Below are positions 50,801 to 60,415 of a DNA stretch of 64,000 bases, one piece after another (the first letter of the stretch is position 1; the number at the start of each line of letters is the position of its first letter). Under the pieces are notes generated by a model that did no database searches, was not told where the DNA came from, and worked only from the letters and a program-made list of their open reading frames with translations. The position numbers were made by a program, and so were the translations under genes. The DNA lies in contig CAVPGK010000010.1 in the NCBI GenBank assembly GCA_963703955.1, positions 160,001 through 224,000 on the forward strand. Reading direction: 5' to 3'. This stretch comes from Nitrospirota bacterium. GTDB lineage: Bacteria > Nitrospirota > Nitrospiria > Nitrospirales > Nitrospiraceae.

Positions 50801-52241
50801 CGCGATTCAGGCGATCGTTCAGGGCTGGATGGAAAGCACCGGCCCGACCATGGTTGAGGAACTAACGCACACGCTGCACCTGTCGACCAATGACGTCTCC
50901 GCCGCGTTCCTTCGACTCGAAGCAGCCGGGCAGGTATTGCGCGGACAATTTCGGGTGCGAGGGGTAACCGAGGATCACCACGTCGAATGGTGCGATCGCA
51001 GACTCCTGGCGCGCATTCATCGCCTGACGATCGGCCGGCTGCGTAGGGAGGTCGAGCCGGTCACGGCGGCTGACTTCATGCGGTTCCTGTTTCAATGGCA
51101 ACACCTGACGCCTGGGGCGCGCTTGCATGGGGAGGCCGGCCTGCTTGAGATCATCCGCCAGTTGGCTGGCTTCGAGGCCGCGGCCTCCGCCTGGGAACGT
51201 CATATCCTCCCTGCGCGACTGGCGAAATATGATCCGGAATTGTTGGACCGACTCTGTCTCTTAGGGTCCGTCATGTGGGGACGGCTGAGCCCCCATCCTC
51301 GGCTTGCGCCCCAACTCGGGAAGGGGCCCGTCTCGACGGGCCTGGGGCGGGTGGGTGAGAAAGAACAGAATGTGTACCCCTCATCCGATCGAGTACGTCG
51401 CATTGTTCCGACCAGCGTGGCGCCGATCAGCTTCTTCCCACGCGACGACGCCGAGTGGCTCATAGGGCTTGTAGGCGAAGAGGGCGGCGAACTTCCCGAT
51501 GATGTGTCAGCGCTCGGTTCTGTTGCTCAGGATCTCAGGCGGTACCTCCAAGAGCGTGGAGCGAGCTTCTTCGCAGATCTCGTGAGGAGCACCGGTCATC
51601 TTCAATCTGAAATTGAGAGCGGCCTGTGGGAACTGGCGGCAGCCGGGTTGGTCACGGCGGATGGATTCGACAGCCTGCGGGCCTTACTGGACCCACGCCG
51701 CCGGCGCGCGCAAGGTCGCGAGCGATCGAGGCGACCTCGCCATGGGGCGGGCCGCTGGTCCCTGCTTAGACGTGAGCGCGCCGGTTCACCAGACACTGGA
51801 ACATCGCTCGAACGGATGGCCCGTCTTCTGTTGCATCGGTATGGGGTCGTTTTCCGGGATCTGCTCGGCCGCGAATCGCTGAATCCGGCCTGGCGTGATC
51901 TGCTGATTCAGTATCGGCGGATGGAGCTGCGCGGAGAAATTCGCGGCGGGCGTTTTGTCAGCGGCTTCACCGGGGAGCAGTTTGCGTTGCCGGAAGCCGT
52001 GGAGGCCCTGCGAACCTTGCGGCGGTCCGGGGTCGAATCCAAACCCTCTCACGAGATCAAGATTTCGGGTGCTGATCCCTTGAACCTGGTCGGGATGATT
52101 GTCCCGGGCGCCCGTGTCCCTGCCGTCCCCAGTAATTACGTTGTCTTTAGAGATGGGGCGTTCCTCCGTTCCGGAACGTTCCGCGAGTTGACACCCTCCG
52201 AACACCTCCAGGCTCCCCGACACCAGATCACGCGTCTGTAG
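47856..52241 (+). CDS. lhr: Lhr-family ATP-dependent helicase, long form
   Basis: APTGSGKT, TTPESL, DEIH, LSAT, HHGSLS, LELGIDIG, QRVGRSGH; C-terminal RGGRFVSGFTGEQFA. Confidence 0.92.
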   Translation: MPLSQFHPIISDWFRGRFGTPTDVQAKSWPVIQSGRDVLIAAPTGSGKTLAAFLSCINSLFQQALAGALEDRTHVLYVSPLKALSNDVQKNLQQPLAEIADAALAAGLLMPELRVTVRTGDTPVWDRQQMLKRPPHVLITTPESLYLLLTAEKSRKILADVRTVIIDEIHAVAPNKRGAHLALSLERLEALTQTHPVRIGLSATQRPIDTVAQFLVGRRSLPQIIDIGHRREMDVAVEVPKDELGAVATNAIWSEIYDRLAELIREHRSTLIFVNTRRLAERVSHHLSERLHTLGSHAVAAHHGSLSRQIRLSAEERLKVGKTRVVVATASLELGIDIGTVDLVCQIGSPRAIAVCLQRVGRSGHWIGALPKGRLFAATRDELLECAALIRAIRTGALDRLDVPAAPLDILAQQIVAGAATQEWREDDLYELCRRAYPYRELDRAAFDAVVRMQADGITTRRGRGRAYLHHDRINRRIRGRRGARLAAITSGGAIPDTANYAVIAEPDGTVVGSVDEDFAVESLAGDIILLGNSSWKIRGVETGRVRVEDAHGAPPTIPFWRGEAPSRTAELSGEVASLRAQIDRLAPQDERGQGYGHAIRWLQTECGLDRRGAEQAVAYVAAGRAVLGAVPTQDTIIAERFFDEGGGMQLILHAPFGGRLNRAWGLALRKRFCTAFDFELQAAATDEGIVVSLGERHSFPLPTIFGFLHPDTVRDVLIQAVLAAPMFMSRWRWNATRALALLRFMNGRRVAPQIQRMRAEDLLGAVFPAATACQDNRREGQEHELPDHPLVNETIRDCLTEAMDLEGLTALLQRIERGDIRCVAIDTPTPSPFCHEILNANPYAYLDDAPLEERRARAVEMRRSLPLELAGNMGALDADAIAEVADEAWPVVRNPDELHDALLTLIWLPEEVGKRWEAYLPSLIQAGRATVVTVRPGGDGEEFRGWVATERLSMIHAVFPDGTYGPPLANVEGTVPPEPEDAIQAIVQGWMESTGPTMVEELTHTLHLSTNDVSAAFLRLEAAGQVLRGQFRVRGVTEDHHVEWCDRRLLARIHRLTIGRLRREVEPVTAADFMRFLFQWQHLTPGARLHGEAGLLEIIRQLAGFEAAASAWERHILPARLAKYDPELLDRLCLLGSVMWGRLSPHPRLAPQLGKGPVSTGLGRVGEKEQNVYPSSDRVRRIVPTSVAPISFFPRDDAEWLIGLVGEEGGELPDDVSALGSVAQDLRRYLQERGASFFADLVRSTGHLQSEIESGLWELAAAGLVTADGFDSLRALLDPRRRRAQGRERSRRPRHGAGRWSLLRRERAGSPDTGTSLERMARLLLHRYGVVFRDLLGRESLNPAWRDLLIQYRRMELRGEIRGGRFVSGFTGEQFALPEAVEALRTLRRSGVESKPSHEIKISGADPLNLVGMIVPGARVPAVPSNYVVFRDGAFLRSGTFRELTPSEHLQAPRHQITRL

Positions 52242-52315
52242 GGAATAGTTCAGGAAAACCGTGCCTCTCCTCAATTCGGCGCCAATGGCGCAGAAATCTT
52301 GATGCTGCCTGCCGC

Positions 52316-52354
52316 TTGACACGGACATGTCCAACATGTAACCATTGGTTACAT
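52316..52354 (+). promoter_or_regulatory. Candidate promoter with palindromic operator upstream of the mutagenesis cassette
   Basis: TTGACA at 52316; palindrome GGACATGTCC at 52323-32; ATGTAACCA-T-TGGTTACAT at 52336-54, over the expected -10/+1 region. Confidence 0.55.
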
Positions 52355-52460
52355 AAGCCAGGACGATTTTCATCGTTCTTCCCCACGATGAATTTCGCAT
52401 TGAAGGCATCGTGATCGGCGTCATTCGTCATTACCAATCATGGTCTCAAGGAGGGTCATT

Positions 52461-52643
52461 ATGATTGCGAACCAACTCCCACAGAAGAGAATCATAGAAG
52501 GCGCCTGCTCGGATTGCGGTCGTATCATCGGGCACAGAGAGCGCTTCGTCGATCCGCACACTCGATCGGAAGTGGAGCTTTGCTCCAATTGCGCCGCCGC
52601 ATTTGTCCATCGGCAGCATTTCGCACCGGGATGCTGCGACTAA
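52461..52643 (+). CDS. Small Cys-rich putative zinc-binding protein
   Basis: RBS GGAGG; CSDC..CSNC and terminal GCCD. Confidence 0.6.
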   Translation: MIANQLPQKRIIEGACSDCGRIIGHRERFVDPHTRSEVELCSNCAAAFVHRQHFAPGCCD

Positions 52644-52716
52644 AGACAAGGAAAGACTAAGCGTTCTTTTTACAGCGAACGAAGTGAGCGTAGGGAGGGG
52701 TGGTCGCTTTCCTGAT

Positions 52717-54089
52717 ATGGACCGGCAGATTGTCTGCTTTCAAATTCCATCCTTTGAAATTGCCTTGGCGCGTCTGGAAACTGCCTCTCTCCGAAGCCGG
52801 CCGGTCGCCATCGCGCCTCTTCATACGCCTCGCGCCTGCCTGCATGAAGTGTCTCGTGAAGCGCAAGATGACGGCCTTCGCCCCGGCATGACGGTGGATG
52901 TGGCTCATCGTCTTTGTCCGTCCTTGCGCCTAATTCCTCCTGATCCGCTGCGTGTTCGCCAAGCGCAGCACTATCTCGAGAACATCGTGGCGCGGTTCGC
53001 GCCGGTCTGGGAGCCGGTCCGCCCCGGCCATGTGTTTCTGGATCTCACGGGCACGACTCGCCTGTTCGGCGCAACCGTCGATACGGCTCTGCGGATTGAA
53101 CAGGAACTGACGCGGCGACACGGGCTAACGGGGATCATGGGGATTGCGAGCAATAAGTTGGTTTCCCACGTCGCTGCCGCCACGCTCGCGCAACCTCCGA
53201 AATGCCGCAATGTGCAGTCGGGATCGGAGCGAACATTTCTCGCACCCTTGCCCGTCTCTATTCTTCCCGGCTTGAACCGGACGGTGGCGCGAAAGGCCCT
53301 TGCTATCTTAGACGATCTCAACCTGCAGACCTTGGGGCAGATCGCAGAGGTTCCTCTGCCTGAGCTCGAATTGGCGTTGGGGCGGCCGGCGAAGATGCTC
53401 CATCGCTGGGCCTACGGCATCGATCCATCGCCGGTTCTGCCGACGGTTCAGTATGCGTGTATCGATATTCCTTTGGAACTGGAGCCGGATGAAATCGATG
53501 ACGGACTGTCCGGCCTTCTCTATGAGCCATTGGAATGGCTCTGCCGGCAGCTTCGTCGATACCGACAAATATGCCGGCGTCTCACGCTCATCGTTCGATA
53601 CAGCGACCATGTGCAGGTGTCCAGGTCTCATATGTTCAAGCCGGGCATGTATTGGGAGACCGACATGTATCCCCATCTCAAAAACTTATTCTTTCGATGT
53701 TTTCAGCGAAGAGTCCGACTTCGTACCATAACAATCAGCGCCGAAGTCACCGATGTATCCGGAGCGCCGGGAGAACAGCTCTCACTGTTTGATAGAGAAC
53801 CTGCTCGGGAGCACTCGATACACCATGACCTATTCCACCCACCACCGATGATAGTTCACCCGCTATCACACTCTCCCGTTCCCCAGGTGCGCCGAGACAC
53901 ACCTTTTTCCCATGGCTCGAGCTGGCCAAGACCAGCTCCTTGCCAATTTCACCCGCCACCCCGAGCTGGCCAAGACCAGCTCCTTGCCCATGGTCCCGAG
54001 CGCATCGTCTTGCCGTAGCCCTGGATCGTGTTCGGGAACGCTTCGGCGAGCATTCAGTGTGGTGGGGCCGATCGCGCGGTTTGCATTGA
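52717..54089 (+). CDS. imuB: ImuB-like (catalytically degenerate Y-family polymerase); C-terminal tail out of frame
   Basis: IMS-like fold lacking the catalytic acidic motifs; FLDLTG, GIASNKLVS, clamp motif QLSLF. In-frame stop at 54018; the LDRVRERFG tail ends at 54089 in another frame. Confidence 0.78.
53918..53988. repeat. Two identical 27-bp hairpin repeats, 44-bp period
   Basis: CGAGCTGGCCAAGACCAGCTCCTTGCC at 53918 and 53962; internal stem GAGCTGG/CCAGCTC. Confidence 0.9.
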
Positions 54090-54099
54090 TGGATCCATC

Positions 54100-57000
54100 G
54101 TGCCCTCTTTTGTCCACCTGCACGTTCATTCCCAGTATTCCCCCATGCAAGGCGTCTCATCCTTGCACGCGCTTTGCGAGACGGCCCGCGCACAAGGAGC
54201 GTGCACGCTTGCCCTGACCGATACGAATGGGCTGTATGGCGTGATTCGCTTTTTGGAGATCGCACGCCAAACCGAGCTGCGGCCGATCTTGGGCGCTGAG
54301 TTGACCGAGAAAGCAGGTCGTGCCGTACTCTTGGTCAAAACACCCGAAGGGTATGCCAATCTCTGCCGGCTGCTTTCGGTCCGGCATGGCGACACCTCTT
54401 TTGATCTGATCGAAGCCGTGGCTCGGCATCGAAAAGGATTAATCATCCTCTCCGATGACCCCCAAGCGCTCACCACATGGGGGAACGAGTCGCCGGAGGA
54501 TCTTTATGTGGAGCTGACGCCCGGACCGACGATGCAGAGGCTTCTTACCTTCAGCCGCCGTATCAATCTGCCGTCTGTCGCCACCAATTGCGTCCATTTC
54601 GTGCATCCGCAGGAATTTGCCGTTCACCGTCTGCTCCGAGCCATTGCCCTCAATACGACACTCTCGCGCCTTCCGCGCGACGCGTGCTGCTCTCCGACTC
54701 ACTGGCTCATGCCGGCCTCGACATTGGAGCGCCAGTTTCCTCATGTGCCCGAAGCGCTGAAGAATACTCACCGGATCGCCGAAGCCTGCCACACTGAGTG
54801 GGATTTCAAGCAGACGATCTTTCCGGCATTTCGCGAGCTGTCGAATGATGAAGCGTTTGCGCTGCTTCACACGAAAACTTACGAGGGCGCCCTAGAACGC
54901 TATGAGACGCTGACGGACACAATTCGAAAACGGATCGAAGACGAATTAGCCATCATCCGTCAGAAACGGTTTGCGCATTACTTTCTCGTGGTCGAAGAAA
55001 TCGTCCGGCAAGCGCCTCGGACCTGTGGCCGAGGCTCGGTTGCGGCATCGATCGTCTCCTACTGCCTAAGGATTACTCACGTGGATCCCATCGAACATAA
55101 CCTATTCTTTGAACGATTTTTGAATCCCGGCCGGCAAGACCCGCCGGATATCGACATTGATTTCCCTTGGGACGAACGGGATGGCATTGTGGACCAAGTG
55201 CTTAAAACCTATGGCGCCGAAAGGTGCGCCATGGTGGCGAATCAGAATACGTTGGAACTGCGCGGCGCGCTACGCGAAGTGGCGAAGGTCTATGGCATCC
55301 CCGCTGAGGAAATCGGTCGCGTGGCCTCTCGCATCCTGCGTGAGAAGGACTTTCTTTGGTTTGAAGAAACCATGCCGACGCCGCAGGGGTGGGCGAAATG
55401 CCTTAGCCAAGCGCTGCGGCTCAGAGATCCCTGGCCGGAGATTCTTAGTTTAGCGGTCCAAGTCCGTGGTCATTTCCGGCATCTCTCTCTTCATTGTGGG
55501 GGCCTTATCATCGTGCCGGACGAAATTCGGCGCTACGTGCCGGTCGAGGTCTCCGCCAAGGGTGTGCCGGTGATTCAATGGGAGAAGGACCAAGCCGAAG
55601 AGGCCGGTCTCGTCAAGATTGATCTCTTGGGCAATCGTTCACTCGCCGTCATCCGTGATGCTTTGAAGGCCATCGAACGGAATACCGGCCACCGCCTCGA
55701 CTATACGACGTGGAATCCGCTTCATGATCCTGTCACGCAAGAACTGATTCGACGAGGCGACACGATGGGATGCTTCTACATCGAATCGCCGGCTACCCGC
55801 CTGCTACTCAGAAAGCTCTGGGGCGGCATGCCGCCGGATCGTCGAGCGACGGCCGACGTGTTTGAGTATCTCGTCATGGTATCCTCCCTCATCCGACCGG
55901 CCGCGAATCCGTTTGTTGAGGAATTCATCCGGCGCGCGCAAGGGAAACCCTATCAACCCTGGCATCCTCTTCTGAAAGACATTTTGGATGAAACTCACGG
56001 CATCATGACGTACCAGGAAGACGTCACCAAGGTAGCGATGGCAGTGGCCGACTTTTCCGTCGAAGATGCGGATCAGTTACGGAAGGTGATCAGCAAGAAA
56101 CACAAGCAACGACAACTGCAAGACTATCACGCTCAATTTTGTGAAGGAGCGGCGAAGAACGGCGTGTCGTCCTCCACGATCGCGCTTCTGTGGGAGATGA
56201 TCATGAGTTTCGCGGGCTACAGTTTTTGCAAACCGCATTCAGCCAGCTATGCACAGGTCTCGTTCAAATCCGCCTACCTCCGAGCGCATTACCCCGCCGA
56301 ATTCATGGCGTCGGTCATCAGCAACCAAGGCGGCTTCTACTCGACGTTCGCCTATGTCTCCGAGTCCCGCCGCATGGAACTCATGATCTTGCCGCCCGAT
56401 GTGAATATCAGCGATTGGGTCTACATCGGCAAAGGACGAACCCTCCGCATCGGACTGATGCAAGTGAAAACCTTGACCCGTGAATTGGCGGATCGGATCA
56501 TGAAGGAACGGAACACGGCAGGTTTGTTCCGATCCTTCCAAGATTTTCTCGCCCGCGTCAAGCCCGAGCAGACGCAAGCCCGCGCGTTGATCCGCGCCGG
56601 CTGCTGCGATTCATTGGCCGGAGAGCTGACACGGCCGGCGCTGCTGTGGCGACTCTATGCGGATCGGCACCAGCCTGTGCCACACCTTCCTATTCCTGAA
56701 GAATACTCGGAAGCGAGCAGGCTGGCGCATGAAGTCGAGACGTTAGGTTTCGTCTTCAGCCGTCATCCGCTGGAGCTGTATCGTTCACACTTGAACGGCG
56801 TGCGGTATATCGCGGGGCGAGACATGGCCCAGCACGTGGGCCGGCAGGTCACGATGATCGGATGGTTGATCACCGAAAAATCGGTGGAGACCAAGGACGG
56901 CGAGCCGATGGAATTTGTCACGTTCGAGGATATGACCGCTCTCTACGACGCCACGATCTTCCCAGACGCGTATCGCCGCTTCTGTCATCTGCTCTCCCCC

Positions 57001-57141
57001 GACCAGCCGTATGTTCTACGCGGCGTTGTCGAAGAGAACTTCGGCGCCGTGACGCTAACGATTCAGACGTTAGAATGTTTAGAGCAATCTAGAGGGGCAG
57101 TTCGCACTCTGGGATCTGATTCGGACCATTCACGCCACTGA
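54100..57141 (+). CDS. dnaE2: Error-prone DNA polymerase III alpha subunit
   Basis: PHP HLHVHSQYS, GRGS, PDIDID, KIDLLG, YSFCKPH, OB fold. Short form, located directly after the imuB-like gene. Confidence 0.9.
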   Translation: MPSFVHLHVHSQYSPMQGVSSLHALCETARAQGACTLALTDTNGLYGVIRFLEIARQTELRPILGAELTEKAGRAVLLVKTPEGYANLCRLLSVRHGDTSFDLIEAVARHRKGLIILSDDPQALTTWGNESPEDLYVELTPGPTMQRLLTFSRRINLPSVATNCVHFVHPQEFAVHRLLRAIALNTTLSRLPRDACCSPTHWLMPASTLERQFPHVPEALKNTHRIAEACHTEWDFKQTIFPAFRELSNDEAFALLHTKTYEGALERYETLTDTIRKRIEDELAIIRQKRFAHYFLVVEEIVRQAPRTCGRGSVAASIVSYCLRITHVDPIEHNLFFERFLNPGRQDPPDIDIDFPWDERDGIVDQVLKTYGAERCAMVANQNTLELRGALREVAKVYGIPAEEIGRVASRILREKDFLWFEETMPTPQGWAKCLSQALRLRDPWPEILSLAVQVRGHFRHLSLHCGGLIIVPDEIRRYVPVEVSAKGVPVIQWEKDQAEEAGLVKIDLLGNRSLAVIRDALKAIERNTGHRLDYTTWNPLHDPVTQELIRRGDTMGCFYIESPATRLLLRKLWGGMPPDRRATADVFEYLVMVSSLIRPAANPFVEEFIRRAQGKPYQPWHPLLKDILDETHGIMTYQEDVTKVAMAVADFSVEDADQLRKVISKKHKQRQLQDYHAQFCEGAAKNGVSSSTIALLWEMIMSFAGYSFCKPHSASYAQVSFKSAYLRAHYPAEFMASVISNQGGFYSTFAYVSESRRMELMILPPDVNISDWVYIGKGRTLRIGLMQVKTLTRELADRIMKERNTAGLFRSFQDFLARVKPEQTQARALIRAGCCDSLAGELTRPALLWRLYADRHQPVPHLPIPEEYSEASRLAHEVETLGFVFSRHPLELYRSHLNGVRYIAGRDMAQHVGRQVTMIGWLITEKSVETKDGEPMEFVTFEDMTALYDATIFPDAYRRFCHLLSPDQPYVLRGVVEENFGAVTLTIQTLECLEQSRGAVRTLGSDSDHSRH

Positions 57142-57199
57142 ACACGCGTTCCAACTTTGCACGCGACCCAACAGACCGAAGAATGACTGAGAGGCGGAG

Positions 57200-59098
57200 T
57201 CAGTGGCGCGGGTCCTGCACGGGCAAACCTTCAAGTGCCATGATGCGGAGCGCATTCGTGGTCGGGCATGGCCCGGGCCGAAGCCGGTAATCAAAGGTCA
57301 GGATGTTTGCCTCCACGGTTTCCTGAAAATGGGCATTCGTGACGTGCGTGATGGCCTTTTCCATCTCGGCGAGTTCAAGGTCATGCGTCGTGACCATGCC
57401 GAATCCATTGCTTTCCGCCAGCGAGGTAATAAAGGCGCGACTGCCAATCAGCCGCTCGCGATTATTCGTGCCTTTGAAGATCTCATCGATCAGGAACAGC
57501 ACCGGTGGGGCTGACCGCTCGAAGGCCGCGTCGAGTAGCCGCTTCAGCCGCTTGACCTCCACATAGAAGAATGAGAGCCCGGCGTCCAACGAATCATCCA
57601 CTCGAATGCAGCAGAAGATTCGGACCCATGTCCATTCGAAGGACGCCGCGCAGACCGGCGCGCCGGCTTGCGCCAGGCACATATTGATCCCGATGGTTCG
57701 CAGGAATGTGCTTTTACCCGACATGTTTGACCCGGTGATGAGGAGGACTCGACCGGCGCCGCTCAGGTCCAAGTCATTGGTGACTCGCTGATTCGAGGTT
57801 ATCAATGGGTGGCCGAGAGCCTTGGCCCTGATGGCGGGTGGGATCCCATTGCCGGCGTCGGCCATCCGTAAGGGTAACGGCCAGGAATAGTCCGGGTGAA
57901 GATACGCGAACGTGCCCATTGCTGCTGCGGCTTCCACTTCCGCCAGCGTTTCGAGCCAGACCGGAACCTGCGCCAAGACGCGTCGTCGCAGTCCTTCCAG
58001 CCTGTACGTGAAAAACAGGTCCCAAGGCCCAAGACCGTTCAGCGCGAGGTGAACGAGCGGATGGGCGCGAACGCTTAAGGCTTGTGCAACCCGCGCGAGA
58101 CGGCGGATATAGGCGGACGGTTGTGTCTGGTCGTTCAGGAGCGGGGAGAAGAGTTGCCCCAACACTGGGGTGGCGGCATAGGACCGGCGTTCGAGGTATC
58201 GGAAGATGGCCCCAAGTTTATCAAGCTCTTGATGAAGCGAGAGAGCGCGGCTGAACACCGGCGCGGTTCGGCCGCTGACCAAGAGGTAGATGAGGGCATA
58301 GGAAGTGAGTGAAAGGGTCCAGTATTCTGGGAGCCCCGTGATCGCCGACCACAGTGCCAAGGTCAGCGTTGTCGCCGCCAGGATGGTCTCAATGATCAGA
58401 ACGGGGATAAGACCGGCAAATCCGGCCGGTGGGTCGAGCGCGGACTGAATCCGCGATCCATTCAGTTCCGATTCACCGACCAGCGACGCTTCCAAGATCA
58501 GGCGGTCCCGGAAGAGCGGTAGTCGGCTAAGTTCTTTGATCAGGGATTGTCGCGCTTGCCAGCGCGTTACCTCCGGCAGTTGAGAGAAGAGCCAGCTTGC
58601 CAATCGCTCCTGACCAGTGGATGACAGGGTGGTATCGAGCAACTGGAACAAGGAGTGCCGACCGATGAGATCGAGATCCGCGCCATAGGGATGTCCCTCA
58701 GGAGCCGGCGTCGTCCGAGCCGGTATCCCGCTCCAATCCAAGCGGAGACGCGCGAGATTGGTTGTCTTAATATCCCGCCAGAGTCGCAGCCGGTGCATCC
58801 GATCGGCGAGCCTGCTATGATACCGCGCGACCGTCAGGAAAATGACCAAGAAAACCGCCAGCGTGATGTTGCCGAGGTGGTACAGGCGGGCATGAAACAA
58901 CGTCACGGAGAGAACGGCGCCCACGAGGAAAATTACCACTCGCCAGCGGGTAAATTGGTTGCTCACCCGCTCGCTGATTCGCAGGAGCCGATCCGCGCGG
59001 GCAATGATACATTGGAGGCTCCGCTCACGAGCGAGGTCGGCGGCCCGCTGGTCAGTGGCACGAGTCATCATCTCGGACCTTACTCGTTCCGAGATCAT
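57200..59098 (-). CDS. MutS-related protein (ATPase domain V only, with TM helices)
   Basis: ITGSNMSGKST, SFFYVEV, LIDEIFKGTN, TTHD; N-terminal TM pairs; no mismatch-binding domain. Start uncertain. Confidence 0.88.
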   Translation of the reverse strand: MISERVRSEMMTRATDQRAADLARERSLQCIIARADRLLRISERVSNQFTRWRVVIFLVGAVLSVTLFHARLYHLGNITLAVFLVIFLTVARYHSRLADRMHRLRLWRDIKTTNLARLRLDWSGIPARTTPAPEGHPYGADLDLIGRHSLFQLLDTTLSSTGQERLASWLFSQLPEVTRWQARQSLIKELSRLPLFRDRLILEASLVGESELNGSRIQSALDPPAGFAGLIPVLIIETILAATTLTLALWSAITGLPEYWTLSLTSYALIYLLVSGRTAPVFSRALSLHQELDKLGAIFRYLERRSYAATPVLGQLFSPLLNDQTQPSAYIRRLARVAQALSVRAHPLVHLALNGLGPWDLFFTYRLEGLRRRVLAQVPVWLETLAEVEAAAAMGTFAYLHPDYSWPLPLRMADAGNGIPPAIRAKALGHPLITSNQRVTNDLDLSGAGRVLLITGSNMSGKSTFLRTIGINMCLAQAGAPVCAASFEWTWVRIFCCIRVDDSLDAGLSFFYVEVKRLKRLLDAAFERSAPPVLFLIDEIFKGTNNRERLIGSRAFITSLAESNGFGMVTTHDLELAEMEKAITHVTNAHFQETVEANILTFDYRLRPGPCPTTNALRIMALEGLPVQDPRH

Positions 59099-59177
59099 TG
59101 CGTCAACCGTACGGCAGAGGATCGAACACGACACTGGACGAAGCTCGACCAAGTATGCAATCGGAGGGATCACCCAC

Positions 59178-59711
59178 ATGAATCTCTTTTCCGTGAAGGG
59201 GCCGCCGCGACTGCATCAAATCAATCTGTCGGATGGAGGAGTGCCGAAGCTTCCGGTGCCGCGCACGCGTATCACGGTCCAGGGAGTGGAAGGAGATCGG
59301 CAACGAAATCCCGCGATCCATGGGGGGCCGAATCGAGCGGTCTGTCTCTTTTCGTTGGAAGTCATCGAGGCGTTGCAAGCCGAAGGTCATTTCATTGCCC
59401 CGGGATCGAGCGGAGAGAATTTGACTTTGGCCGGAATTGACTGGCCGAGTCTCAAACCGGGTGATCGTCTTTCTGTGGGTGATGTGCGACTGGAGGTCAC
59501 AAGCTACACGGCGCCATGTGTTCACAATGCCCGGTGGTTTCAGGACGGCGATTTCAGCCGGATCTCGCACAAGAAATATCCAGGCTGGAGCCGGGTGTAT
59601 GCGCGGGTCCTCACGGAGGGGGTTGTGCGGCCGGGAGATCCTGTGAACATCGACAAGTGGGTTAGCGATCAGCCATCAACTATCAACTCTGACTCGAGGA
59701 ATCGGAGCTGA
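59178..59711 (+). CDS. MOSC domain protein
   Basis: GGVPK, GVEGD, HGGPNRAVC, GENLT, APC, YARVLTEGVVRPGD. Confidence 0.88.
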   Translation: MNLFSVKGPPRLHQINLSDGGVPKLPVPRTRITVQGVEGDRQRNPAIHGGPNRAVCLFSLEVIEALQAEGHFIAPGSSGENLTLAGIDWPSLKPGDRLSVGDVRLEVTSYTAPCVHNARWFQDGDFSRISHKKYPGWSRVYARVLTEGVVRPGDPVNIDKWVSDQPSTINSDSRNRS

Positions 59712-59755
59712 CGGGCAAAGGCCAATCATCAGGGGCTTGCATCAAAGAGGACAGG

Positions 59756-60415
59756 ATGGAGCGTGTGCTCGAGCCGGAAATCATGGACGATCCCGAGCAG
59801 GCATTGGCCTATGCGCGGGCGGACTTTGAGGAAGAAAACCAAGGGTTCGTCGACCGATTTGTTGAGTACTATTCCGATTTCACGCAGGGACATGTGCTCG
59901 ATCTCGGTTGCGGACCCGCCGATATTCCCATTCGCCTTGCCCGCGCGCTCCCCGGTTGTCGCGTGACGGGGGTGGATGGGTCGCTGCCTATGATTCGCCT
60001 CGGGGAGGAGGCGGTCAGATCGGCCGGGCTGAGCAACCGTATCTCCTTGCGCTGCGAGCGCTTTCAGTCCTATTCCCCGAAAGAACCTGCGGACGCCGTC
60101 ATATCGAATAGCTTAGTCCATCACCTCACCAATCCTTTGAAGTTTTGGTACGCGCTCAAGCAGCTCGTGAAGCCGGGATCCTTTATCTTGGTGATGGATC
60201 TGCTCCGACCCGCTTCTCCCGAAGCGGCCGAGGCTATCGTCGAGCAGTATGCCGCCAATGAATCGCCGATCCTGCGGCGGGATTTTTACAATTCGCTTTT
60301 AGCCGCTTTTACGGAGGACGAGGTGGCGGCTCAACTCGCGGAGCTGAACCTCAGCCGTCTGATGATCGATGTCGTGGATGATCGACATTGGGTGGTGGGC
60401 GGGCGGATATTCTAG
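59756..60415 (+). CDS. Class I SAM-dependent methyltransferase
   Basis: MERVLEPEIMD, VLDLGCGPAD, SNSLVHH. Confidence 0.9.
   Translation: MERVLEPEIMDDPEQALAYARADFEEENQGFVDRFVEYYSDFTQGHVLDLGCGPADIPIRLARALPGCRVTGVDGSLPMIRLGEEAVRSAGLSNRISLRCERFQSYSPKEPADAVISNSLVHHLTNPLKFWYALKQLVKPGSFILVMDLLRPASPEAAEAIVEQYAANESPILRRDFYNSLLAAFTEDEVAAQLAELNLSRLMIDVVDDRHWVVGGRIF

Noticed and set aside
53918..53988. Mini CRISPR array
   Set aside because: Only two repeats, a 17-nt spacer, located inside a CDS, with no cas genes or leader.
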